Source: Octopus sinensis
Taxonomy: Eukaryota
Length of the DNA: 64,000 nucleotides
Direction: 5' to 3'
Assembly (NCBI RefSeq): GCF_006345805.1
Contig: NC_043005.1
Location: 3,286,001 to 3,350,000, forward strand
Position 1 is the first letter of the stretch. Every line of letters starts with the position of its first letter. Positions 1-12,051 of the stretch are shown here, one piece after another. The notes beneath the pieces were generated by a model, which had not been told where the DNA came from, searched no databases, and saw only the letters and a list, made by a program, of their open reading frames with translations. A program made the translations under genes and the position numbers.

Positions 1-108
1 AACGTTAAAGACTTGTTTTATTTATATTTCCTGAGCGCCATACTAATACAATTGTTCGTTTGTTTTCCACCTGCCTTCGTCTTTTGTCTATTTTCATAAA
101 GCTTCCCG

Positions 109-110
<2 letters not shown>

Positions 111-150
<40 letters not shown>

Positions 151-157
151 TATATAT
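111..157. repeat. (TA)n microsatellite
   Basis: Direct TA run, one interruption. Confidence 0.95.
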
Positions 158-158
158 T

Positions 159-896
159 GACAACGAACAAAGTAAAGATGGCAAGGATGGAGGCGCGGGT
201 GGTGATGAAAGATGTCACCCCCACTTGGTAGACACCCAGGACAGCAACAAAGAAGATTCAGGTGAGAAACCTGCCCGGGAAGTAAACCCAAGTGCAAGTG
301 CCCCTACCAGCACCAAAAGCCAAAGTCAGAACCATGGAGATGAAAGAGCCAAAAAAGAAATAAAAGAAGGAAAAACTAAATGAAAAACAAAAGATGAAAC
401 AGCCAAAGAAGGAAAAACTAAAACTCAAGCAAAACCAAAAGATGAAACAGCCAAGGATAGAAGCAAACCTGACTATCCATGTACCAAAAAGGATAGAAAG
501 AGACAGCGCACACGAATGTGTAAATTCTACCTGAAAGGTGTCTGCTGACATGGAGAGGAAGGTGCAGGATGCCGTTTTGCACATCAAAGACCCTGCCACA
601 TAAATAGAAACCAACTACCAAAAGGAAAAGGAATGGACCACGCACCACCTGCCCCAAAACTGAGGTACGCTGATGTGGTGCGTGCTACAAACCGCCAACA
701 TGTTGTTGAAAGGGCAGCTGCTGAACAAGAATCTTTTTTGTGCATGGCACAAAAGATTGTACAGCAGCTAACCTGGCTCCATCAAACTCAAACTTGCAGA
801 TGGGACTATCCACAATACACAGGACCGCCACAGCAAATAGACTCAAGGTGGACACCGCCGGCAACAGTATACACCTCACCTCGATGCTCCTACTGA
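159..896 (+). pseudogene. LINE ORF1 remnant with a CCCH-like zinc finger
   Basis: Track ORFs 60..383 and 633..896 share a frame, broken by TGA at 381-383 and 546-548. Positions 519-584 read CKFYLKGVC*HGEEGAGCRFAH (C-x7-C-x8-C-x3-H). Confidence 0.6.
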
Positions 897-3805
897 ACAT
901 TAGAGGACCTGCTAACACTCAGTAATAGGACAAAAATCCCGTTCTTAAGAGACTTTGTTGCATGCAATCAAGCCTTATGCATAGCACTTACGGAAACACA
1001 CCTGAAACCGGACATAGCAGATGCGGAAATACACATACCACAGTATGTTGTACTACGGACCGACAGAAAAGAAAGGAGTCATGGAGGAGTTGCTATGTAC
1101 ATCCGTGAGGACCTCACACCCCAGGTCCTTTTGTCATACTCAAATTCGGTGTCTGACACACTAATTGTACATATAAGGCAACTTGGTGTAGTTATATGTG
1201 CTACATATCGCCCTCCAGATGCCCCAGGCCATGTAAGCAAGTTTGAAGACTGCCTTATAAAAATAGAAGAAGTTCTAGTCACATTAGAACAACACATAAG
1301 TGTACTTCTTATGGGAGACTTCAATCTACCCAATGTCAGATGGCCCGAGGGCCTTTCTCTCCCAGGAATGACACGATGTGAACGAGGACAGGCGAGGTCC
1401 CTCCTGAACCTCATCAACACTCTGTACATGGAGCAAGTAATACTTCAACCAACCAGGGCAGGTAACATACTGGATCTCTGCTTCACAAATAATATGGATC
1501 TCATCCATAATGTGAAAGTGACGCCGACACTACTCTCGGATCACAACATGGTAGAGCTGACCATGTACGGGCCAAAGGAAAGCATGGACATGCAGCCTAC
1601 AAGAAACTCTCAGAATCTTTCCAGCTTGAACTTCCATAAGACAAACTGGAAACAAATTGAGAAAGAGATCCTCAAACAAAATTGGCCTGAATGTCTCTCC
1701 TCACCAGACATCGACATGAAACTTCAACAATTCATGTCTGTAATGCAAGCCATATGCTACAAATGTGTCCCAGAGAGAAAGGCCACTGTACACAAGAGCA
1801 AAATCCCCAGAGAGAGGAAAATTCTAATAAGACGGCGTACAAAAGTTTCAAATCGCCTAAACAAACAAATTGAAAGCAGTGAAAAGTCCCGCCTGAAAAT
1901 AAAACTGTTGGAAATTGAAAAATGTCTGCAACTCTCCCATGAAAAAGAAAGAGCAGACAAAGAAGCCTGGGCTATAGACAACATAAAATCTAACCCCAGA
2001 GCTTTCTACGGGTATGCCAAAGAAACAGCTACGGTGCACTGTAGGATAGGGCCACTCCTTGAAAAGGATGGCACACTCACAGGAAATCCAATGAGGGTAA
2101 GTGAAATACTAAATAAGCAATTCAAGAGTATTTTCACTCCACCCCTAGGGCATTTTCAAGTCAGCAATCCAACTGACTTCTTTGCCACTGCAGATATAAA
2201 ATCAGAGGCAGCGATGATTGATTACATCAATATAAAGGAAGACGATGTAATAAAGGCTATTGATGAAATGAAAACAAACTCAGCTACTGGCCCCGATAGA
2301 TTCCCAGCAATCCTTCTAAAAGTATGTAAGAGAGTCCTAGCAAGGCCACTGCAGTTCCTCTTTCAGAGCTTCCTTGCAACTGGTAAACTCCCAAGAAAAC
2401 TGAAGGAAGGTAAAATATGCCCTATTCATAAAGGAGGTAGCAGAGCGGAGGCCAAGAACTACAGACCTATCTCTCTGACCTCACACATCAGCAAGGTCAT
2501 GGAACGAATAGTCAGAAGGAAACTAATCACCTTCCTTGAAGAAAATTACTTGCTGCCTGACACCCAACATGGTTTCCGACCAGGAAGAAGCTGCTTAACT
2601 CAGCTCCTACAACACTATGACAGGGTGCTGAAACGACTGCTCAACCACTCAAATGTGGAAGTCATATATCTCGACTTTGCAAAGGCCTTTGATAAAGTCG
2701 ATCATGGAATGATATGTCACAAACTGAGTGATCTTGGCATAGTTGGAAAATTGAGAGAATGGCTTCATGACTTTCTGAAGGATAGAAGTCAGGTGGTAGT
2801 AGCCAATGGGGCCACTTCCATTAACACGCAAATAGTGAGCGGTGTTCCGCAAGGCACTGTTCTGGGACCACTACTGTTCATAATAGCCCTCTCAGACATG
2901 CCCTCAACAACGCAGAGAGCCACGATCACAAGTTATACATATGATACAAAAGTTTCACAGGCAATACAGAACCCTGAAGACACTAAGCACATGCAATGTG
3001 AGCTGGACAAAATATACAAGTGGGCTGAAAAGAATAGCATGCAGTTCAATGCTGAAAAGTTTCAAGCTTTATACTATCAGCATGCAAAACTAAATGCAAT
3101 ATCCAATAAATACACTAGACCTGGAGGGATTGCAATCCCAGAGGCACAATCAGTGCGAGACCTGGGTATTTACATGAGTGATGATGCAACCTTTCATGTG
3201 CATGTTGCTAATGAAATGTAGGCGGCTGACCGGATGGATTCTTAGAACCTTTAGAACAAGAGACCAGGAAACCATGATGGTCCTCTGGAGGACACTTGTC
3301 CTAAGCCACTTTGACTATTGCTCTCAGCTATGGTCACCATCCAGTGTCAAGTTAATCACAGAAATTGAGGCGATCCAACGAAGCTACACGAAGAAGATAG
3401 CCTCTGTGCAGTATATAAGCTATTGGGAAAGACTCAAGAGATTAAAACTCTATTCCTTGGAGCGTAGGCGAGAAAGATATGGCATAATATACATCTGGAA
3501 GATCCTAGAAGGACTTGTCCCAAACTTTGGCGTCGAGAGTTACACAAATGCCAGAACTGGGCGCCACTGCATAGTGCCAAGAACTCCAAATTTGCCATCA
3601 AGATGTAGGACAAGATACTGTGATAGCCTGGACTTCCGAGGCCCACAACTCTTCAATATCCTCCCGAAGAACCTAAGAGACCTGCATGGTGTAGATGCGG
3701 ATGTCTTTAAAGTAGGACTGGATCTCTTCCTGTCAGGTTTCCCGGATGAACCAACTTCACGGCAGGAGGTGCAGATGAGGGCAGCTGCATCGAACTCTCT
3801 CATGT
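884..3805 (+). pseudogene. LINE ORF2 (AP endonuclease + reverse transcriptase), frameshifted
   Basis: MLLLNIRG at 884, +1 shift near 907 into LLTLSNRTKIPFLRDF...ALTETHL...GGVAMYI. Motifs GDFNLP, PTRAGNILDL, SDH, NYRPISLTS, QHGFRPGRSC, YLDFAKAFDKV, SGVPQGTVLGP. YADD is decayed to YTYD. Second shift near 3210. Confidence 0.9.
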
Positions 3806-3875
3806 ACCAAATGTATATATGTAGCAACACCAAATGTATATATACATATATTGGGGGACAAAGACAGACATACAA

Positions 3876-3879
<4 letters not shown>

Positions 3880-3922
<43 letters not shown>

Positions 3923-4050
3923 ATTACATCTTCTTTCATATTTGAATCATTTATGTTTATATATTTTTAAGTGTATGTATGTATATTTATGTATGTGTTT
4001 GTGTGCAAATATATATATTTGTATATGTATGTGTGTATAAATCTATGTGT
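3880..4050. repeat. (CA)n and TA/TG low-complexity tract
   Basis: Direct observation. Confidence 0.9.
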
Positions 4051-4197
4051 GAGATGAAAAGAATTGAAGAAATAAAAAAAGTTTTAGCGAACAAATAAAT
4101 AAAACAAATCGCTTATCATTTTTCTTTTTCTTTATTTCCTTTCTTCAGTTCCCATCATGGTTTGAACCTGAGCTCACATGTGCAGGACATGTATCTA

Positions 4198-4330
4198 AAG
4201 CGGCGAACTGGCAGAACCGTTGACAAGCAGGACAAAACCCTTTGTGACAGGTCTCATTTCAGCTCTTGATAGTTGGATTTCTAATCACGCTGAGGGGTCA
4301 ACTTTGCTTCGGGGGCGATAAAGTAGCAGT
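4198..4330 (+). mobile_element. tRNA-derived SINE family B, degraded
   Basis: GCGGCGAACTGGCAGAACCGTT head and GTCAACTTTGC core match the better copies at 10879-11473. Confidence 0.6.
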
Positions 4331-4523
4331 CCTCTCCCCTCAAAAATTGTCGGCCTTCAACCCCGTTGCGCACCGGCGTCCCGTTCAGTGGGTGGGACTG
4401 GGGTGATCTCAGTCACCATGAATCATTGAAACAGGGCTACCCCCGACCTCAAAAGTTCCCCTCAAGGTTTGAGAAAAGTAATAAAAAAGAAAACGTTTCG
4501 GTTGTTGAAACGTTATCATTTAT

Positions 4524-4893
4524 TTGTTTCAGTCATTAGACTACGACCATGCTGGAGCAACGCCTTGAGATATTTGGAACGAATCGACCCCAGGACTTTC
4601 TTTTAAAACCTGGCATTTACTGTATCGGTCTCCTTTGGCGAAATCGCTAAGTTACAGGGACGGACGTAAACGCACACGGTTGTCAAGCGGTGGTGGGGGA
4701 TAAACACAGCCACAAAGGCATCCACACACACCCACATATATATATATATATACAAGGGGCTTCTTTCAGTTTCCATCTACCAAATCTACTCACAAGGCTA
4801 TAGTAGAAGACACTTGCTCGAAATTCCACGCAGTGGGGTCGAACCCGGAACCATGGGATTGGGGAGCAAGTTTCTTACCACACAGCCACTCCT
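4524..4893 (-). mobile_element. tRNA-derived SINE family A
   Basis: Reverse complement of the AGTGGCTGTGTGGTAAG...GGTTCCGGGTTC head and the CAGCATGG...TGACTGAAAC tail seen at 54941-55296. Confidence 0.85.
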
Positions 4894-5099
4894 ACGTCTA
4901 TCTTTTATGATTACCATTGAGTCTCCCCCAAATAACATCAATCTACTTTGGCTGTATTATTGGGAGGGGCGGTGTTTCAATGGTTTGGTGGTGACCAACA
5001 ATGCCCGGTCGCCAAGAGAAAACGGCAGAACGACGTTGGGCGTTGAAGTTGGACAACATCAATATTTCCATTTGTGGAATGCTTATCATTGTGAATCGT

Positions 5100-6370
5100 G
5101 TGCGGGTGTGCGTGTGCACGTGTACGTGTGCGTGTGTGTGTACGTGTAGATTCTGATTCGGTTCAAGACAAAACTCCGAAGACCATTTCCATTTTTCCAA
5201 GACATAATTAAAGACGCTGGGGGTGGGTGTGCCAAACACAATTCGAAACTCGGCCGAACTACTTTCACAGACGCAATTGTCTTCACCCAAACACTTACAC
5301 ACTCAGTTCTCTCTTACACATTTACATACACACACACATACTTGCACGCATTTACACCTACATACACGTGGGCACAAATTACATGTAAACATATTTACAC
5401 GTGTATACATACTTACACATATACATATACATACGCGTACACATTTTCACATATACATCTCAACACGAACGTGCACACACACACACATACACACACACAC
5501 ACACATGCATACACGCGCGCGTGCATATTAATAGACACTTGAATACACGTACACAGATTTACACCCACGTTTTGCACAGACATCTCTTCGCAACCCCGCA
5601 CACACACACACACACACACACAACCACACACACACAACCACACACACGCACACACACACGCAACCACACACACACAACCACACACACACAACCACACACA
5701 CGCACACACACACGCAACCACACACACACAACCACACACACGCGCAACCACACACGCGCGCGCATACATGCAAACACATTAATCTATATGTGACGTGTAC
5801 TTTTGCACAGATACATACACCACCACCATCACTCCACTCCCACCACCACCATCACTCCACTCCCACCACTACCACTAGCATTAAACACAGCCATCTAGTT
5901 ACTTCGGAACGAGCCTTTTTAACGACCTTCACTGTAACAGTACATCTGACCTCCTTTCTCCTTTCTCTCCCCCCTCTCCTTCTATTCTCCTCTGCATCAA
6001 CATCGCGCCCCCTCCCACCTCCATCTCCCTCATTACAGAACAGCTTCTGACCTGGTTTCTTTATTTCTCCTCCCCTTCCCCCTCCTCCTACTACTACTAC
6101 TCTTATTCCTCCTCCTCCTACTCCCCCTTATACACTGACCTATATACAACTCTGCTTGTCTTCTTACTCTATCCTTCTTCTTCTTCTTCTTCTTCTTCTT
6201 CTTGTTGCTGCTGTTTTTAATTGTTGTCGGTGCAGTTTTTGACGTTGTTGTTGCCATAGGTGATGGTCATGTTATTGTTGCTGTTACAGTTGCTGCTGCT
6301 GCTGCTGTTGTTGTTGTTGTGGTTGTTGATTGATATTGCTGCTGCAGATGGTGATGGTGATGGTGGCGGC
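5100..6370. repeat. Compound microsatellite field: (CA)n, (CAC)n, (CTT)n, (GCT)/(GTT)n
   Basis: Direct observation. Explains the low-complexity ORFs in the track. Confidence 0.9.
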
Positions 6371-6494
6371 GATATCGCAACGGTTCCAGTGTTGGTGTTG
6401 GCGGGATCGTTCCTGGTCTCCAAGCGGTTCCACTTATATTCTTTGGCAATCCTTCGGTATCGGTAGACGACGCCATTCACCCACGCAACCTTCC
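6217..6494 (-). CDS. Possible terminal coding exon of an unidentified gene
   Basis: Pyrimidine tract + AG acceptor (…CTTTCTGTCTCTGTCTTAAG|) opens KVAWVNGVVYRYRRIAKEYKWNRLETRNDP…, running into poly-N/S. No homology recognised. Confidence 0.25.
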
Positions 6495-7444
6495 CTTAAG
6501 ACAGAGACAGAAAGGCTAAGATGAAAATGAATTGCCTCCCCACACCGACCCTATAGACCAATAGCGAAGGAACACCATATTCCTTGTTTTGAGTAAAACT
6601 GTCACTAAAGATGTTCCTACCGTGACCATCTCGGTTATATTTATTTGGCTGTATGATCTGGGTCTGTATTATCCAGTGTGGTTTTACCCATTTTTAAGAC
6701 GGTGATAGGGAGGAGTAGAATTGGTTAAATTTAGCTGCTGTTTCTAGCAATTTGAGAGCCTATATAGAGGAGTCTTCGTTTTTTGTGTGTGTTTGGTAGC
6801 GTCGGTATCCATGAAGGGTAATCTTAGAAAATAAAGTCGTAAATGATTAAGCGACCCCAAAACTGTTTTTTGAATCTGTTATCCGCAGCGTCTTCCTTTT
6901 CCGTAAATTATTGCTTTTGACCCTTTTTTCTTCCGGATTTTTACATTTATCTTTGAAGAATCCTAATCTCAGGTACATAAAACAAATCTAAAAACAAAAA
7001 TAGTATTAAAAGAAAGTAAAAACTGAATGGAGGCGATGTTACCACCCACCAAAGGATCATAAACGGGTTGCAGATTCGTAATCTACGCTTCTTAAAACAT
7101 ACGGTTCCTATGAAACTCCGGATATTTCACGGCAGTTGATAATTTCCGACGCTTTTCTACAAGAATACTTGTTGTTGTTGTTTAGCCCCCCCCCCCGGGC
7201 CAAAATTTATCAAATACATTTCACCTGCAGTCATCACGTCTTTCTTCTTCTTTTTTCTATAATTAACCAGAACAACCCGGTGTAACTTGGCTTTCGTTTA
7301 TTTTATTCATAAACTATTTATTAACAAGCGAAGCAACGAGTTGGAAAATCTCTCTGTAAGAGATGGAAGGTGTAAGTACTCTACTGAGAAATTAATGCTT
7401 GCCACCACTTCAACATGGCTGTTCCGTACCAACCGGAGTCACCT

Positions 7445-7506
7445 CTGGTTGTTGTTGTTGGTGGTGGTGGTGGTGATGGTGGTGGTGGTGGTGGTGGTGC
7501 TGGTGG

Positions 7507-7537
<31 letters not shown>

Positions 7538-7780
7538 GGGTATTGCATTTAGCCCCAGGTCAGCCGTAATCAAGCAGACCCTTGGCACCACGTAGCTAAT
7601 CTGTTGAGGTCCGAGAGATTCTCCGCTGGAATCCTTCTTCCATAAACTCAGTCTCTCACTTTGGAACTCCGACATTCCATCCTTTTATTGTATGCGATGC
7701 CACACTAACGACATTTCCACCACTTCTCTCTTTCTCTCTCTCCCCCACCTCTCTTTCTTCTCTCTCCCCCACCTCTCTCG

Positions 7781-7820
<40 letters not shown>

Positions 7821-8197
7821 CCCCACCTCTCTCGTATACTCTTTCTCTCTCTCACTCTCTCTCTCTCGTATACTCTTTCTCTCTCCCCCACCTCTCTCGT
7901 ATACTCTTTCTCTCTCTCTCTCTTCTCTCTCCCCCACCTCTCTCGTATACTCTTTCTCTCTCTCTCTTCTCTCTCCCCCACCTCTCTCGTATTCTCTTTC
8001 TCTCTCTCTCACCTCTCGTATAATGTTTCTCTCTCTCACTCTCTCTCTCTCTTGTATTCTCTTTCTCTCTCCCCCACCTCTCTCTCTCTCTCTCTCGTAT
8101 TCTCGTTCTCTCTCCCCCTTCTCCCTCTCTCTCTTTTTGCCCATCTTTCTCTCGCACTCTCTGTCTCTTCCTGCCTCTGCTCCTCCCTCTTTCTCAG

Positions 8198-8245
<48 letters not shown>
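7445..8245. repeat. (GGT)n tract and CT-rich higher-order minisatellite
   Basis: (GGT)n at 7460-7538. A ~45-nt unit TTCTCTCTCCCCCACCTCTCTCGTATACTCTTTCTCT is repeated about 7-8 times at 7730-8110. Confidence 0.9.
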
Positions 8246-8249
<4 letters not shown>

Positions 8250-8650
8250 TCCCACACCTTTCTGTAGGCTTCTAACAGTGACCAAAGCGGAGGCGACGGA
8301 TGACATGGATTCAATCAAACAGTACGGTTCTACCCAAAAGGGGACCCTTTCCTACTTAAGTCCAGGACTGGGATAATAAACAAACAAACAAACAAACAAA
8401 TCACTGCTTGCCGCCGCATTCTATTTTCGTTTTGTGTTTTCTGAGTGATTATCTTGGTCGGGATTAAGCGGGGAAAGTGTTGTTACGACCATGTTTTATT
8501 AATGTTTATCTGTGGTTGTAACATGTCCGGACAAGAACTGTAAACAATGCAGCCTTCAACGGCAACAAACTGCACCACCACCTCCACCTCCACCTCCACC
8601 ACCACCACCACCATCACCTCCACCTCCACCACCACCATATATATATATAT

Positions 8651-8811
8651 GACAGGATTCTTTCAGTTTCCGTCTACCAAATCCACTAACAAGGCATCGG
8701 TCGGCCCGGGGCTATAGCAGAAGACACTTGCCCAAGATGCCACGCAGTGGGACTGAACCCGGAACCATGTGGTTGGTTAGCAAGCTACTTACCACACAGC
8801 CGCTCCTGCGC
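8651..8811 (-). mobile_element. SINE family A, 5' half
   Basis: Reverse strand gives GGAGCGGCTGTGTGGTAAGTAGC (A-box-like), GGTTCAGTCCC (B-box-like) and GGCATCTTGGGCAAGTGTCTT (CORE-like). Confidence 0.85.
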
Positions 8812-9055
8812 CACTTGTGCTGTTTCATTTTCTATCTAGATTATTTGCTTGGCGTCCCTCACAGCATTGGGTTCATTAATTCCTGAAAAGTGTCACTACA
8901 CCGTACAGGCCCCATGTACAGGACGCGCCTTTTTTCTTTTTTAATTCTTAAATCTAACAAAAAAATTTGCCAGGCATCAAATGTGACCGTATTATGGAGA
9001 GGACACCGAGTGTCTGATGAAACATTATTTTATTAAGTAGGGATATAAATTTGTT

Positions 9056-9357
9056 GTTGTATTTAGGAATGGTCATGTTGCCAGTTTAGCCAATAAAAAC
9101 ACACGCACTATATATTTGGTGTTAATTTGCTTCAGCTTTATTTATTTTTTACATTAATCTTAATCTTATTTCGGCCAAACAAATAAGAAAGAAGAAAGCA
9201 AAGGACCACTGATGAGGTCACAGGAGTGTGACGAAAGAACCCTGGACGAAATAAGATTAAGATTAATGTATAAAACTGAAGCAAATTAACACCAAATGTA
9301 TAGTGCGTGTGTTTTTATTGGCTAAACTGGCAAAATGACCGTCCCTAAATACAACAT
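9056..9357. repeat. Hairpin element (~115-bp inverted arms) with hammerhead-like centre
   Basis: 9056-9176 is the reverse complement of 9243-9357 with a few differences. The spacer contains CTGATGAG-GTCACA-GGAG-TGTGAC-GAAA. Confidence 0.8.
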
Positions 9358-10059
9358 CTGTATCAACACGATTTCACATCAAGAATCTTGCAAAACAAAT
9401 ATATAAATGGATATAAATTTGTTTTCTACAAAAAAAAATAATAATTGGGGGTTTGTATGTTTGCTTCACGACATGTGGTGTCTAATGAATGTTTTAAATG
9501 GTTTTGCGTCGTCTTACTTTCTGAATGACGATATTTCTAGATGGGCTGTGAATGTTGTAGACGTACGGCACTGACTTTGTGGTCCTCGTAGATCAAAAAA
9601 AGCATTCCAGCCATGACAATTCCGTATTATTGTCAACAATCGTGTTTACTGAGTTCTGTGAGTCACGTGACAGGAAAGGTTTTTAAATGGTAAATTCCTT
9701 TGAATCAAGAAAGGGGATTAAGTCTAGGGATACTTTAGCCATTGTGTTCTTTATTTAAGATATTAAGGTGAAATATGAGGGAGATTTGACTATTATTTCT
9801 GGAAGGACTCGTGGAATATCAATGCTGCTGAGCGTGATTATTAGTTGCACCTGCTGTTCCGGGAATTACTGTTAAGATGGATTATCTGTATCTTATTTTT
9901 AGCCTCTTTTGTTTGGGGCCAGGTTTCCGGGTGGATTTCCGTAGCTTTGCAGATGTGTTTCTGGAGATAATTGAAATGATATCATTGATTTCACCCACCG
10001 CGTGTTTTAAAATACTGTAGAATGAAGTTTCTCTTGTAAGAAGAAAAAAAATATATGGC

Positions 10060-10302
10060 GAACCAGTCTCGGTCTGGACGAAGCCAAAGGAAGCTCTGGT
10101 GGAAGTTCGAAGCGCTTCTGACGTGCAAATCGATCGTCGGAACCGGGTGTAGGGGTGAAAGATCAATCGAGCTATATTGAAACGGGTTCCCTCCGAAGTT
10201 CCCCTCGGGATAGCTAGCGCCAGCGGGAGAACGACACACAATTCCGTTCGGTAAAGAGAACGATTGGAGGCCCCGGGGACGTTGAAGGCTTCATTCGAAC
10301 TC
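10060..10302 (+). pseudogene. 28S (LSU) rRNA fragment
   Basis: Matches conserved LSU blocks CGAAGCCA.AGGAA.CTCTGGTGGA, CTGACGTGCAAATCG.TCGTC, TAGGGG.GAAAGA, GGTTCCCTCCGAAGTT.CCCTC.GGATAGCT, CGGTAAAG.GAA.GATT.GAGG. About 240 bp only, no flanking rDNA. Confidence 0.85.
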
Positions 10303-10878
10303 AGAGCAGGCAAAACGGGCCGCTCCCCTCCTGAGACAAACCTACCTGCGATAGATCAACATTCAGTCGAAGACATTGGTGTCTGTCGTTCATTCATGGA
10401 ACAAACGCCACCCCTGATCATATGAATCTTTGAAATGTAGAATAAAATATATTTTTCTGGACTTTTCTATGCTGGTCTGTGTGATTATGGCTTTCTCTAG
10501 GGGATTCTTAGAATTTTATCCGGTTCCAAGTTTTGGGAATACCACAGTGCTCTTCATGTAATAATTCCTGCAAGACGAGGTTCTGGATTTTCCTTTTGTT
10601 TTTCTGGTGTCTGATGGAAAGGAACTGAGCCTGTCCTGTGTTTTGTATGCCTCTCTTTTCCCTGTGGTTCTCAGTAATTGAGCTCTTTCAATGCTCACGC
10701 CGACCTTTTCCCAAGTGTGGCTATTTGCTGTTGATATGTGCATCTGTTATTTTTACTTCTTGCAACGTGCACCGTTGTGACATTTAATGTTATAGCATTT
10801 TACTCACTACATAAGTATGTTTGTAGCGATAATGAGCTGAGGACTGAAAAGTGTTAGGACAATATTCAGCATGGGATT

Positions 10879-11473
10879 AAAGGCGGCGAGCTGGCAGAGG
10901 GATTAGCACGCCGGGCGAAATGCTTAGCGGTATTTCGTCTGCCGTTGCGCTCTGAGTTCAAATTACGTCGAGGTCGACTTTGCCTTTCATCCTTTTGGGG
11001 TCGATTAAATAAGTACCAGTTACGCACTGGGGTCGATATAATCGACTTAATCCGTTTGTTTGTCCTCGGGTAATAAAGAAATAGGTATTTCATCTGCCGA
11101 GGTCGACTTTGCCTTTCATTCTTTCGGAGTCGATTAAATAAATACCAGTTATACACTGGGTCGATCTAATCGACTTAATCCCTTTCTCTGTCCTTGTTTG
11201 TCCCCTCTGTGTTTAGCCCTTTGTGGGCAATAAAGAAATAATACTCAGCAAGGGATTAAGGCGGCGAGCTGGCAGAAACGTTAGAACGCCGGGCGAAATG
11301 GGTGACCGTATTTCGTCTGCCGATACGTTCTGAGTTCAAATTCCGCCAAGGTCGACTTAGCCTTTCATCTTTTCGGGGTCGATAAATTAAGTACCAGTTG
11401 CGTACTGGGGTCGATCTAATCGAGTATCCCCCTCCACCAAAAGATTTCGGGCCTTGTGCCAAGAGTAGAAAAG
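10879..11473 (+). mobile_element. Tandem SINE family B copies
   Basis: GGCGGCGAGCTGGCAGA head, GAGTTCAAATT B-box and GTCGACTTTGCCTTTCATCC core at 10879-11240 (with a partial internal second unit) and 11258-11473. Confidence 0.9.
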
Positions 11474-12051
11474 AATATTTAGCATGGGATTGTGGTATGA
11501 AGATGTGCGATGCGGACAGTAATATCTAGAGAGGAGATGTAGTTGGATTGGGAAAGTGCATGGATAGGAAAAGAAGTTTTAGCTGCAGAGCGATGGCGTT
11601 GTATGTATTGTTTTTGTATCAGGTTGTGGTGTAGACATTGAAATTGTTTCTCGTAGGGGGCGGTGCTATGGTGGTGTGCAGTGATTGAAGTTGTCTGATC
11701 AACGGTCCTTCTCTGTGTGTGTGTTTCATATTGTTTTGGCGTTAAATGTGAATACTTGCACTTCTAGTGTGTGTGCGTGCGTGTGTAGTCACACACACAA
11801 AATACGGTTAAGCGTTAAATGAAGGAGCATCCAAGTAGGGGATCGAATGTATTTTTACAAGGAAAAGGTTGACAGTGACTTCGACATTTCAGCCGGTGCA
11901 GACTTCGCCTGACTGAGTAAAGATTTCATAGTTTGAGGATGCTGGCACGCGGCGAAACTTCGCACTCACTGTCAAACTCATATATATATATAGGCAAGGA
12001 AAAATTATAACTTATCATGTTGAGTAGCTTGTTTATTATTAAATACGATAC

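Larger units (their letters stand above)
159..3810 (+). mobile_element. CR1-group non-LTR retrotransposon (LINE), near complete, disabled
   Basis: ORF1 remnant followed by APE-RT ORF2 with a CR1-type C-terminus (LWRTLVLSHFDYCSQLWSP...IEAIQRSYTKKI...SYWERLKRLKLYSLERRRER). Ends in a TA/CA microsatellite. Confidence 0.85.

Noticed and set aside
7440-8343. Possible exons at ~8255-8343 and ~7440-7683 joining the 6217-6494 candidate
   Set aside because: The splice phases I could assign lead to in-frame stops, the acceptors are weak, and no homology was recognised.
5223-8376. Many 60-220-aa ORFs (HT, VC, RE and SL repeats)
   Set aside because: Translations of microsatellites.
10516-10700. Minus-strand peptide VLQELLHEEHCGIPKTWNRIK resembling an LTR integrase zinc-binding segment
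   Set aside because: Only ~20 residues, with no flanking pol motifs or LTRs. Cannot be supported without a search.
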